A stretch of DNA of 61,023 bases, the filler included. It is 5 parts of 5 records of this genome, joined end to end, with 100 filler letters (N's around TTAATTAATTAA, not from the genome) between each part and the next. Parts side by side here need not be neighbours in the genome. Positions count along the whole stretch, not along the records: positions 22,463 to 31,173 come from SRR31156797_12763; positions 31,274 to 45,236 come from SRR31156797_12774; 3 more parts are not named here. The stretch is one strand, 5' to 3'. Positions within the stretch are counted from its first letter, which is position 1, and the number at the start of each line of letters is the position of its first letter. Of this stretch, positions 30,195 through 39,512 are shown in pieces. Below the pieces are notes generated by a model. That model saw nothing but the letters and a program-made list of their open reading frames with translations. It had not been told where the DNA came from and made no database searches. The position numbers and the translations under genes were made by a program.

Positions 30195-30722
30195 ATGAAT
30201 GTATTGAAAATTCTACCTGAGATCAATGAGATCAAAGATGAAAAATTGCGACAAAAAGTAATTGACATCTGGAACGAAGCCGCCGATTATCGTGGTTGGA
30301 CTGATGAGCTACTTATGGCCATCCCGTTCACATTGCTCGCTGAAAATGTCACCATTTCTTTTATTGATCATGTTCGCGCCGTATGCCGTATGTGCATGGC
30401 TGTTGATGATGTTCAGGAAGTGTTGCATGAGGACCGTCGTACACCTGTTAACCGCGATTTTCTTATTGCGGGAGCTCTATTGGCTGATGTAGGTAAATTG
30501 CTGGAGTATGAGATCGTTGACGGCGAGTCAGTGAAATCAAGCTACGGACGCTATCTACGCCATCCATTTAGCGGTGTTGGACTTGCATTCAAACATGATG
30601 TACCGGAAGAGGTTATGCACGTTATTGCTACGCACTCTAAAGAAGGTGCCGGCGAAAAACGTTCACCTGAATCTATTATTTTTCATCATGCCGATTTCAT
30701 TGATTTTGAATTAGTGAAATAA
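30195..30722 (+). CDS. HD-superfamily protein with non-canonical AD motif
   Basis: IDH...AGALLADVGKLLEY...RHPFSG...IATHS...HHAD. Confidence 0.8.
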   Translation: MNVLKILPEINEIKDEKLRQKVIDIWNEAADYRGWTDELLMAIPFTLLAENVTISFIDHVRAVCRMCMAVDDVQEVLHEDRRTPVNRDFLIAGALLADVGKLLEYEIVDGESVKSSYGRYLRHPFSGVGLAFKHDVPEEVMHVIATHSKEGAGEKRSPESIIFHHADFIDFELVK

Positions 30723-30740
30723 TAATTACTTAGCTATGAC

Positions 30741-30772
30741 AACCCCGCAAGATTCTTTTGCGGGGTTTTTTA
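30741..30772 (+). terminator. Intrinsic terminator
   Basis: AACCCCGCAA-7 nt-TTGCGGGGTT followed by a T-run. Confidence 0.85.
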
Positions 30773-30789
30773 TTTTTACTCAATTTTTC

Positions 30790-30805
30790 TGTGACCCACG
30801 TCACA
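30790..30805. promoter_or_regulatory. CRP/FNR-family binding site
   Basis: TGTGA-cccacg-TCACA matches the TGTGA-N6-TCACA core exactly, with AT-rich flanks. Confidence 0.6.
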
Positions 30806-31025
30806 TTTTTTCATTCTGAAACCCCAATATTTTGATCACAATTGTATTTGAATCAGAAAAATATTAAATTACGCGTAATTGTTATCATAAGAATTCTATC
30901 AAGGATGCATGAAAGAATTAGGATGACGAAACCTAACATACGGGGGTTACATCTTGTTAAACAAGGGTGCCAGATCCTTACTTGACAATGATGATAACTC
31001 CCGCTTTTATTAGTAACTGCTAACT

Positions 31026-31094
31026 TCCACCTACGCAAAAGCTTCGGTGGACATGGGTAACTGGCCTGTCCTTCGTAGCCTTGGCGAAGAAGGA
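31026..31094. repeat. Inverted pair of ~30-bp hairpin repeats
   Basis: TCCACCTACGCAAAAGCTTCGGTGGACATG and, on the reverse strand, TCCTTCTTCGCCAAGGCTACGAAGGACAGG. Confidence 0.65.
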
Positions 31095-31149
31095 TAACTG
31101 GTAAAACTCGATAATTATTATTTCAATCGCAATAACAGATGGGCATATG

Positions 31150-31173
31150 GTAAAGACGCAGCAATGCTGCGTC
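31150..31173. repeat. REP-like palindrome truncated at the contig end
   Basis: GTAAAGACGCAGCA-A-TGCTGCGTC; the contig breaks inside it. Confidence 0.6.
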
Positions 31174-31273
31174 NNNNNNNNNNNNNNNNNNNNNNNNNNN
31201 NNNNNNNNNNNNNNNNNTTAATTAATTAANNNNNNNNNNNNNNNNNNNNNNNNNNNNNNNNNNNNNNNNNNNN
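31174..31273. other. Artificial contig linker
   Basis: N-run with TTAATTAATTAA. Confidence 0.98.
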
Positions 31274-31349
31274 GCTCTTCCGGGAGATTGGATTATGGTC
31301 TTCGGGCCGTATATATCGATTATCTATGATTTGGAGTAAAGGAATACAT

Positions 31350-33131
31350 ATGGTTTCAAAAGGCGAGATCCGGTTCCTTCTGGAGATCTCAAAAAAGGGC
31401 AGGGGACGGCTGTGGCTTGCGGCTCTCCTCGTTCTGTTGAGCTCCATCTGTTATTTGGGTCCTTTTTATACCGCTTATCTGATCCTTGAGAGGATTATCA
31501 GCTCATCCGTGGTCCTGGAAGAGCTTTTCATCCTGGGTAATATCGCTTTGGCATGTCTTGTCTGTCAGATGTTTTTTTTGGGAATAGCCATGAACCAATC
31601 CCATATCGCCGCTTATAACATACTCTTCAGCTTGAGAGTCGGTATCGCGGAAAAGATGATGAAGCTTCCTCTGGGATTCTATTCCAAGAACAGCTCGGGG
31701 ATGCTGAAAAAGATAATCATGGGCGATGTCGAGGCTATCGAAGAGTTCGTCGCCCATAACCTGGTTGATCTGCTTTCGGTGGTTATCCTCCCCGTGGCCA
31801 TATTCGTTTGGCTATCCACGTTCAATATCCCCCTGGCCGTCATCAGCATACTCCCGGTGATATTGGGGTCCCTGCTCCAGCGCCTGCGCATGCGGCTGGA
31901 GGGGCAACGCATTCACAAGTTCTTTATGCTGAAGGGCGAAATGAACAGGACCATCATCGATTTCATCAGGGGGATGCCTGTCATAAAGGCCTTTAATCAG
32001 TCCGTGTTCTCTTTCAGAAGATACAAGGACGAGGCAGAGAAGTACAGTCGATACTGGATCGATCTGAATAAAGGGGCGTCTCCTTTTTTCGCGATCTACT
32101 CTCTGCTCATGGATTGCGGTGTGATCTTCATCTTACCGGTAGGGGCCTTCATGTACCTGAATGACACGATATCCCTCTCCACCTTCATGATGTTCATGTT
32201 CATCGGTCTCGGGCTGACTCGCTTTATGAAGCAGCTTACCAACTTCGGATCCAATATCACTCAGATCCTGAAGGGTGTCGAGCAGATACGCGGGCTGCTG
32301 GATGAGCCGGAAATCCCCGACCAGGGATCTGCCGCCCCGCTTGAGAATTTCGATCTTGAGTTCGACGCCGTCGGTTTCGGCTATGAGGAGCAATCTGTAT
32401 TGAGGGATGTGAGCTTTGCCGTCCCCCAGGGAAGCATGACCGCTCTGGTCGGCTCATCGGGAGCCGGCAAGACGACGGTGGGAAGGCTGATCCCCCGTTT
32501 CTGGGATGTGGACGAGGGCAGCATTCGCATAGGCGGAGTCGATGTCAGGGATCTGAAGTACGACTATCTGATGAAGAAGGTCAGTTTCGTATTCCAGGAT
32601 GTGTTTATGTTCAATGACAGCATCCTGGAGAATATACGCATGGGCGATGTTTCGAAAACCCGTGATGAGGTTGTCAGGGCCGCCGAAAGGGCTCAGGCCC
32701 ACAGCTTCATAGAGGGAATGGAAGACGGATACGATACGCTGATCGGAGCCGGAGGGACCTACCTCAGCGGCGGAGAGAAGCAGAGGATCGCCATCGCCAG
32801 GGCCCTGCTCAAGGACTCTCCCATTGTGATTCTGGATGAAGCGACCTCCTATGCGGACACGGAAAACGAAGCGAAGATACAGGAGGCTCTGAATGCTCTT
32901 CTTCAGGATAAGACCGTGATCATCATCGCTCACCGCCTCTCGACCATACGGCACGCCGACCAGATCCTGGTTTTTAACGAGGGACGCATTACAGAGAGGG
33001 GGCGTCATGAAGAGTTGCTGGCCCTGGCCGGCGAATACCGGAACATGTGGGATATGCATATGGACGCATCCGACTGGGGTATCGGATCGGCCACGGATGA
33101 GACACTGAAACAGGAGGCTGTGCTGTGCTGA
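31350..33131 (+). CDS. ABC transporter TMD+NBD half (IrtA/YbtP-like)
   Basis: SHIAAY, DVEAIEEFVAH, GSSGAGKT, LSGGEKQR, LDEATSYAD. Confidence 0.9.
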   Translation: MVSKGEIRFLLEISKKGRGRLWLAALLVLLSSICYLGPFYTAYLILERIISSSVVLEELFILGNIALACLVCQMFFLGIAMNQSHIAAYNILFSLRVGIAEKMMKLPLGFYSKNSSGMLKKIIMGDVEAIEEFVAHNLVDLLSVVILPVAIFVWLSTFNIPLAVISILPVILGSLLQRLRMRLEGQRIHKFFMLKGEMNRTIIDFIRGMPVIKAFNQSVFSFRRYKDEAEKYSRYWIDLNKGASPFFAIYSLLMDCGVIFILPVGAFMYLNDTISLSTFMMFMFIGLGLTRFMKQLTNFGSNITQILKGVEQIRGLLDEPEIPDQGSAAPLENFDLEFDAVGFGYEEQSVLRDVSFAVPQGSMTALVGSSGAGKTTVGRLIPRFWDVDEGSIRIGGVDVRDLKYDYLMKKVSFVFQDVFMFNDSILENIRMGDVSKTRDEVVRAAERAQAHSFIEGMEDGYDTLIGAGGTYLSGGEKQRIAIARALLKDSPIVILDEATSYADTENEAKIQEALNALLQDKTVIIIAHRLSTIRHADQILVFNEGRITERGRHEELLALAGEYRNMWDMHMDASDWGIGSATDETLKQEAVLC

Positions 33132-34879
33132 AAACTCTATTAATGATTGCCGGAGGGAATATAGGGAAGCTGGTCGCCATGTCTTCCATCTCTATCATGG
33201 AAGCCGTTTTCGGCTCCGTACCTTTCCTGGTCCTTTACTTTGTGCTCAGCGCCATGATCGATGGCCGCTTCAATCACGTCATGTTCGGAAACATGATGCT
33301 GATCGTCGTCATCAGCGCCCTGCTGAGAGCCCTCTTCTCCTTCCTGAATGTTATCGTTTCCAGAAAACTGGGAACCCTGATGATCCGGGACCTGCGCCTG
33401 AGACTCGGCGAACATATACGCAAACTGTCTCTGGGATTCTTCAACCTTCACGATGTCGGAGCCCTGTCCAATCGGATTCTGGATAACGTCAATCGAATGG
33501 AGATGATTGTCACCATGCTGATTCCGGAGATGGTTTCGACCATGGTGCTCAGCGTCCTGGTCGCAGCGGGTCTGTTCTTCATTGATCCCAGGCTGGCTGC
33601 CGCCACGATTGTCACCATGCCCGCGGCTCTGGCCGTCATGGTATGGGCCAGGAATATTATGGCGAAGCAAGGGCGGGCGCTGGTGCGCTCCAACGAAAGG
33701 CTGGCCGACAGCCTGATCGAATTTGTGGAGGGTATAAAATATTTGAAGTCCTTCAACAATTCCCGGAGAAAATTCGACGCCCTTGTGGAGCGGATGGATG
33801 ACTTCAGGGATAAGAGCCTGAAAACGGAAGGCCGTTTGAGCCCTGTGATGGCCCTTGCGGGTATCGTAATCGATCTCGGCCTTGTCTTTCTGATCCTCTG
33901 CTCTGCCTTTCTCCTCGCAGGCGGAGGGCTCGGAGGCAAAACCATTCTGATCTTTATCATTATCAGTTCCCGTTTTTTTGAGAACCTGAAGGTTCTGTCG
34001 GTCAACTACATCAAGGTAAAGTACCTGGGCATAGCCGGGATGCAGATCCGGGAGCTGTTCGATGAGCCCCTGTTGAAAGGGACGGGGCGGGAAGGCCGCT
34101 TCAATCGTTTCGATATAGAATTCAAGGATGTGGAGTTCTCCTATAACAGGAAAAGAGTCCTGAACCGTATCAATCTTGAGATCGGGGAGAAGAGCCTCAC
34201 CGCATTCGTAGGGCCCTCGGGATCGGGAAAGACGACCATGACCAACCTGATCGCCAGGTTCTTTGATCTGGACAGTGGTGAGATCCGTATCGGCGGGACC
34301 AACATCAGCAGCTGCGATTCCGAATCGGTCTTGAAGATCGTGAGCATGGTTTTTCAGGACGTGATTCTTTTTAACGATACGATCTACAACAATCTGAGGA
34401 TCGGGCGTCACGACGCCACAAGGGAAGAGGTCATTTCGGCTGCGGAAAGGGCCAACTGCCATGACTTTATATCAAGGCTCCCCGAAGGATATGACACCAT
34501 TGTCGGTGAGAACGGAGCGAATCTGTCAGGAGGCGAGCAGCAGAGGATTTCCATTGCCAGAGCCTTGCTGAAGGATGCTCCCATCGTCCTGCTCGATGAG
34601 GCCACGGCCTCTCTGGATCCGGAAAACGAGATATTTATCCAGAATGCCATCAGTGAGCTTGTGAAAGATAAGACGGTCATCGTGATTGCCCATCGTCTCA
34701 AGACGATTAAGAGTGCCGATAAAATCGTCGTATTTGAGAACGGACGCATCCTGGAAGAAGGACGGCATGAGGAGCTTCTGGAGGATGACGGGCTATACAC
34801 AAGGATGTGGGCCGCCCAGGAAAGGAGCTCTGAATGGAGAGCCGTCAATCAGAGCTCATCGGTTCAGCAGCTTGCATAG
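33125..34879 (+). CDS. ABC transporter TMD+NBD half (IrtB/YbtQ-like)
   Basis: LRLRLGEHIRKLSLGFF, GPSGSGKT, LSGGEQQR, LDEATASLDPENE. Confidence 0.9.
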   Translation: MLKTLLMIAGGNIGKLVAMSSISIMEAVFGSVPFLVLYFVLSAMIDGRFNHVMFGNMMLIVVISALLRALFSFLNVIVSRKLGTLMIRDLRLRLGEHIRKLSLGFFNLHDVGALSNRILDNVNRMEMIVTMLIPEMVSTMVLSVLVAAGLFFIDPRLAAATIVTMPAALAVMVWARNIMAKQGRALVRSNERLADSLIEFVEGIKYLKSFNNSRRKFDALVERMDDFRDKSLKTEGRLSPVMALAGIVIDLGLVFLILCSAFLLAGGGLGGKTILIFIIISSRFFENLKVLSVNYIKVKYLGIAGMQIRELFDEPLLKGTGREGRFNRFDIEFKDVEFSYNRKRVLNRINLEIGEKSLTAFVGPSGSGKTTMTNLIARFFDLDSGEIRIGGTNISSCDSESVLKIVSMVFQDVILFNDTIYNNLRIGRHDATREEVISAAERANCHDFISRLPEGYDTIVGENGANLSGGEQQRISIARALLKDAPIVLLDEATASLDPENEIFIQNAISELVKDKTVIVIAHRLKTIKSADKIVVFENGRILEEGRHEELLEDDGLYTRMWAAQERSSEWRAVNQSSSVQQLA

Positions 34880-34960
34880 AACTGCGCTTAGGGGTATTGT
34901 TTCCTGGTGCGAAGCTTGTCAGGCGGCCGGCGAAGTCCGGCGCTGTGAGGATGGATAAGG

Positions 34961-35410
34961 ATGTGTGATCAGGAGCTGCTTCTTTCTCTGCTGCAGGGCA
35001 TCATCAAGAATATGCGCAAGGTCCTGGATCAGGAAATCGCCGCCTGGGGGATAGGTCATGCCGAGATGAGGCTACTGATGGTCCTCTTTTCCGGAGCTGA
35101 AATCCGGCAGGAGGAGTTGACCTCCCGTATAGAAGTGGACAGAAGCAATGTAGGGCGTGCTCTCAAGAAACTGGAGGCCCTGGGCTATATCAGACGGACT
35201 AAGGCCCCCGATGACAACCGCTCTTATATGGTGGTTCTGACAGAGGCCGGCCGGGATCTCAAGACGCCCCTTCTGAAGATTAAAGGGGATCTGGAAGAGA
35301 CGATCGGCATGGGTGTTTCCGATGAAGATATGGCGGTGTTGATCTCTCTTTTGAAGACGCTGGGCAAGAACATGTCAGAGAAGAATTATAGAATGACGAA
35401 GGGCTCCTGA
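34961..35410 (+). CDS. MarR family regulator
   Basis: VDRSNVGRALKKLEALGYI, DNRS, LTEAG winged HTH. Confidence 0.92.
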   Translation: MCDQELLLSLLQGIIKNMRKVLDQEIAAWGIGHAEMRLLMVLFSGAEIRQEELTSRIEVDRSNVGRALKKLEALGYIRRTKAPDDNRSYMVVLTEAGRDLKTPLLKIKGDLEETIGMGVSDEDMAVLISLLKTLGKNMSEKNYRMTKGS

Positions 35411-35429
35411 TGTTATTTAGAAATATATA

Positions 35430-35443
35430 TGCGTGCGCAAGCA
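35430..35443. promoter_or_regulatory. Candidate MarR operator
   Basis: Near-palindrome TGCGTGCGCAAGCA in the AT-rich spacer before the activase gene. Confidence 0.4.
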
Positions 35444-35462
35444 ATTTAATTAAGGAACTGTT

Positions 35463-38400
35463 ATGCTGGGTTTAGGAATAGATATAGGATATTCATCTGT
35501 CAAGACGGCACTGGTGGATGAGGAGAACAGGGTCGTACATTCTGAGTATGTCCTCCATAAGGGCAGGCCCCTGGAATGCCTGAGGGAGATGGTTGGGCGG
35601 ATTCGCTCCGCTCGCTCCCCCCGCAAGATAGGCTGCGCCGTCGTAACCGGCGGCGGCGCCGGGATCCTGAGCGACAAGGCGGGACTGCCTTCGGTCAACG
35701 AGGTCTCGGCGCTGACGGAGGGAGCCCGGCTGCTCTGCCCTGGCTGCCGGTCCATCATTGAAATCGGAGGCCAGGGCGCCCGGTATGTAAGCGGACTGGA
35801 CAAGCTGTCAGAGCTTGAGATCTCTATGAGCTCGGGCTGCGCTGCGGGAACCGGTTCCTTCCTGGAAGAACAGGCTTCAAGGCTGAATCTGTCTCTGGAG
35901 GGCTATTCCGTATATGCGTCCAGGGCTCAGTCTGTTCCCAGGATTGCCGGGCGCTGCAGCGTCTTCGCGAAAACCGATGTCACCCATCTCATGCAGGAGG
36001 GCGTCCCCGCCGACGAGATCCTCCTGGGGCTCGCCTATTCTGTGGTCCGTAACTACCGGGGAAGCGTAATGAAGCGGCTGCCGAAGAGCGCACCCTTCGC
36101 CTTGCTGGGCGGGGTAGCCAAGAACGCCGGCGTCCGCATAGCCCTGAAGGATATTCTCAATCTGACTGACCGGGACCTGTTCCTTCCGTCTTGTCCCGGC
36201 TGTGCCGCCGCTGCGGGGGCTGCGGCCGAAGCCCTGAGAGAGAGGGCGGAATTCGATTTCGATGCTTTTTCCCAAGAGATCGAGACCCTGGAGTATCAGA
36301 CGGAGAAGATCTCCCGGCTCAGGTCTCTCTCTCTTTTCGGCAACCATGACGGCGTTGACAAACACGAGGGCCCGGCTTCCTGTCTTCCAAGCGGACAGTC
36401 CTATTTCCTCGGGATCGATGTGGGTTCCACCAGTACCAATACGGTCCTCGTAAACGGGGACGGAGCCGTCGAGTGTTGCGAGTATGTGAGGACCTACGGG
36501 GATCCCCTTGAGGCCGTGGAGACGGCATTCCGGCAGACGGCAGAGCGGTTCGGCCGGGAGCCTGAAATCCGGGGTGTCGGGATTACCGGCTCGGGACGGC
36601 ACAGGATTGGCAGGCACATCTCTGCCGATCTGATAAAGGATGAGATCAGCGCCCAGGCCCGCGCGGCGGCTCATATTTATCCCGAAGCAGACACGGTCTT
36701 CGAGATCGGTGGGCAGGATTCGAAGTATATCAGACTGGAAGAGGGCCGGGTTAAAGACTTTCAGATGAACAAGGTCTGCGCGGCGGGAACGGGATCTTTC
36801 ATCGAGGAGCAGGCCCTGAAGTTCGATATCCCTGTGGGCGAGCTGGGCGATCTGGCCCTGGCCAGTCTGACCCCCCTGGACCTCGGAGAGCGATGCACCG
36901 TCTTCATTGAATCCGCCATCGCCAGCCATCTCGCCCGAGGCGCTTCGCTAGAGGATATCGCTGCGGGGCTGTGCTACTCCATCGTCAGGAACTATCTGAA
37001 CCGGGTCGTCGGAAGCAGAAAGCTGGGGGACACCATCCTTCTCCAGGGAGGAATAGCCTTCAACCAGGGCATAGTGAACGCCTTCCGTTCTGTCACGGGT
37101 AAGAGAATCATCGTTCCTCCCTTCTTCAGTGTGACCGGCGCCTACGGGGCCGCCCTCTGCGCGCGGGACGAGATGGGCGGGAAGGAGACCGGCTTCAAAG
37201 GGTTTTCGGCCAGGACCGGCGACGACAGCCCTCATGATGAAAGGGAAAAGGATTCGGAGGGGAAGAGCATGGAGCGCTACAACCAGCGGATTATGGAGCT
37301 TTTCTTTAAGGATTACAGACCCGATCTCGATCCGGATAAAAAGACCGTCGGAATCCCGCGGACGATCTTCGCCTATGGCATGTTCCCCATGTTCAACGCG
37401 TTTTTCCTCTCCCTTGGATTCAACGTCCTTCTCTCCCATCCCGGGGACGAGAGGACTGTGGAGACGGGGCTTGACCACTCTTCCGACGAGATCTGCTTCC
37501 CCTTGAAACTGATCACCGGGCATGTGATGGAGCTGGCGGATCTGGGGGTGGATTACATCTTCTTTCCGGATCTCTTTACCGTGGATAATCCGAGATCCAA
37601 ATCAAGGCGGAACTACGGCTGCCCCTATATGCAGACAGCCTGCAGGATGCTCGAGCAGTCTGTTTCCCGGAAAAGTCCCAAGACCGAACTGCTCTCTCCC
37701 TCCATGGCGTTCAGCCGCGGGAAACCATTTATGCAAAGGAACTTCCTGGAGCTTGGCAGGCGTCTCGGGAGGAGCGGCGAAGAGATCCAGAGGGCTTTGG
37801 AACAGGCTCAGAAAGCCGTGAAACTGTTTGAGCAGAGGCTCGGAAACAATGGGCGGGAGATCATGGAGAAACTGGATCCCCATAAAATCACGTTTGTTCT
37901 GATCTCCAAAATCTACGGGGTTATGGATCCCGTCCTGAATATGGGCCTTCCCGGAATGCTTATGAACCGGGGATACCAGGTGCTGACCTTTAATGAGCTT
38001 CCCGGGGGAGACCTTTCTTCTGAACACCCCAATATGTTCTGGCCCTTCGGAATGAGTATCCTGGAACCGGCGAAGCTGATCAGGGAGCATCCGAACATGC
38101 ATGCGGTCCTTCTGACTCACCACGGCTGCGGTCCCGATTCGGTTCTCTCCCATTTTTTCTCCGAGCTGATGGAGGATAAGCCCTATCTGAATCTCGAGGT
38201 GGACGAGCACTCCTCTGCGGTCGGTGTCATCACCCGCATCGAAGCCTTTATCAACAGCGTCGGCAAGCCCGCAGCCGCGGAGGCCTCGGTGGAGCAATAC
38301 AGAAAGCGTATCCGCCACCGCAAGGACCGCTGCCTGACCTCCCTCTCTTCTGAGGAGAGAAAGAGGACCATCATCCTGCCGCCCCTGCCTCCCTATGACG

Positions 38401-39512
38401 AACTGCTGAAAGCGCTGCTCATCCGCTGGGGGGTTAAGGTGGAGCTGGCTTCCCCCGCTGACGCGGCTGCGCTATCCGAGGGCAGACAGTATATTCGCAC
38501 GAATGAGTATCTCTCTTTGACGGCTCTGCTGGGCAGCTTTTTCAGCTTTCTGAAAAAGCATCCGGATCTGGATCGTCCGGTTCTGGCCCTTCCTCAATTT
38601 GAAGGCGCCGAGAGTGAAGGCCAGTACGCTCGTCTGCTGCGCGCCAAGCTGGATGAGAACGGTGCCGAGTCCGTTGAGGTCTTCTCCCCCTTCCTGGAGG
38701 ACCTTATTCATCTGGAGCAGGATGCTGTCCTTGCCCTCTTCTCTGTGCTGTTTCTCGGCGATCTGCTTCTCCTCTATCCCCATGAGCGGAGGGCCTCTGT
38801 GAAAAAGGAACTTGTGGAGAGGATTGGGGCCGCAGCTCCTTCCTTCTCCATGGTGGAAGATTTTGCTGACGGACTTCGGCGCGATATCGACACCGGGAAT
38901 GGGGGGCTGCGCGTCTCGGTCATGGGCGAGGTTTGGGTGCTCTATAACGAATCCCTGAACGGGGGGTGTCTGAAGCGTTTGGAGGAGCAGGGAGTCCGGA
39001 TCCGCTATGCCCCCCTCAGCGAGTGCCTGTGGTTTTTCTGGTCCGATAATCAGCATGGGGGCCCCTGTCATCCGGTTCTGGACAGCAGCTTAGAAATCGT
39101 TGCGAAACAGATGAGGTTCCTTTCGACTTTTCTCTCCTCTGAGTCCCCTTATACGGCTGAGCCCGACAGCCTCAAACCCGCTGCCGACAAAGGGCTGGGG
39201 CTGTACGCCGGTGCCTTCGGGCGATACCGGGCCGCCAGAGAGCTGTCGGAGTCCAGTACCGCCGATGGGATAATCAGGCTGAGTTCTGCCTATGAGAATA
39301 CAGGTACCGCCCTGGATATCCTTGGCAGGGGGCAGAGCATGAAGCATTCGACCCCTGTCCTGAACCTTGTATTTGACGGGACTGAGAACGGCAACGACCG
39401 GGCTCGGCTCGAATCGTTTATCTATTTATTGAAAAAGAAGGAGTCAAGATGCACTGTAAAGGTCACCGGGGACAGAGAGGCCCCAGCAGTTACTGGATGC
39501 AAAATCCAGTGA
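35463..39512 (+). CDS. 2-hydroxyacyl-CoA dehydratase activase fusion (two BadF/BcrAD ATPase domains + DUF2229-like modules)
   Basis: Two GID(I/V)G / EIGGQ / CAAGTGSF / RC(S/T)VF sets; ICFPLK, YGCPY, GCGPDS, VDEHS. Confidence 0.9.
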   Translation: MLGLGIDIGYSSVKTALVDEENRVVHSEYVLHKGRPLECLREMVGRIRSARSPRKIGCAVVTGGGAGILSDKAGLPSVNEVSALTEGARLLCPGCRSIIEIGGQGARYVSGLDKLSELEISMSSGCAAGTGSFLEEQASRLNLSLEGYSVYASRAQSVPRIAGRCSVFAKTDVTHLMQEGVPADEILLGLAYSVVRNYRGSVMKRLPKSAPFALLGGVAKNAGVRIALKDILNLTDRDLFLPSCPGCAAAAGAAAEALRERAEFDFDAFSQEIETLEYQTEKISRLRSLSLFGNHDGVDKHEGPASCLPSGQSYFLGIDVGSTSTNTVLVNGDGAVECCEYVRTYGDPLEAVETAFRQTAERFGREPEIRGVGITGSGRHRIGRHISADLIKDEISAQARAAAHIYPEADTVFEIGGQDSKYIRLEEGRVKDFQMNKVCAAGTGSFIEEQALKFDIPVGELGDLALASLTPLDLGERCTVFIESAIASHLARGASLEDIAAGLCYSIVRNYLNRVVGSRKLGDTILLQGGIAFNQGIVNAFRSVTGKRIIVPPFFSVTGAYGAALCARDEMGGKETGFKGFSARTGDDSPHDEREKDSEGKSMERYNQRIMELFFKDYRPDLDPDKKTVGIPRTIFAYGMFPMFNAFFLSLGFNVLLSHPGDERTVETGLDHSSDEICFPLKLITGHVMELADLGVDYIFFPDLFTVDNPRSKSRRNYGCPYMQTACRMLEQSVSRKSPKTELLSPSMAFSRGKPFMQRNFLELGRRLGRSGEEIQRALEQAQKAVKLFEQRLGNNGREIMEKLDPHKITFVLISKIYGVMDPVLNMGLPGMLMNRGYQVLTFNELPGGDLSSEHPNMFWPFGMSILEPAKLIREHPNMHAVLLTHHGCGPDSVLSHFFSELMEDKPYLNLEVDEHSSAVGVITRIEAFINSVGKPAAAEASVEQYRKRIRHRKDRCLTSLSSEERKRTIILPPLPPYDELLKALLIRWGVKVELASPADAAALSEGRQYIRTNEYLSLTALLGSFFSFLKKHPDLDRPVLALPQFEGAESEGQYARLLRAKLDENGAESVEVFSPFLEDLIHLEQDAVLALFSVLFLGDLLLLYPHERRASVKKELVERIGAAAPSFSMVEDFADGLRRDIDTGNGGLRVSVMGEVWVLYNESLNGGCLKRLEEQGVRIRYAPLSECLWFFWSDNQHGGPCHPVLDSSLEIVAKQMRFLSTFLSSESPYTAEPDSLKPAADKGLGLYAGAFGRYRAARELSESSTADGIIRLSSAYENTGTALDILGRGQSMKHSTPVLNLVFDGTENGNDRARLESFIYLLKKKESRCTVKVTGDREAPAVTGCKIQ

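Noticed and set aside
30881..31003. Call as a SAM-I or c-di-AMP riboswitch
   Set aside because: The conserved cores (GAGGGA/GCAACC; GCUGAAUCC/GGAGGAACC) are absent; kept only as an unclassified candidate
30909..31013. MKELG-TGA-RNLT... as a small selenoprotein
   Set aside because: No recognisable family or Cys-type motif and a weak RBS; likely chance
31274..31339. Possible 3' end of an upstream gene (ALPGDWIMVFGPYISIIYDLE-stop)
   Set aside because: Only 21 residues; too short to assign
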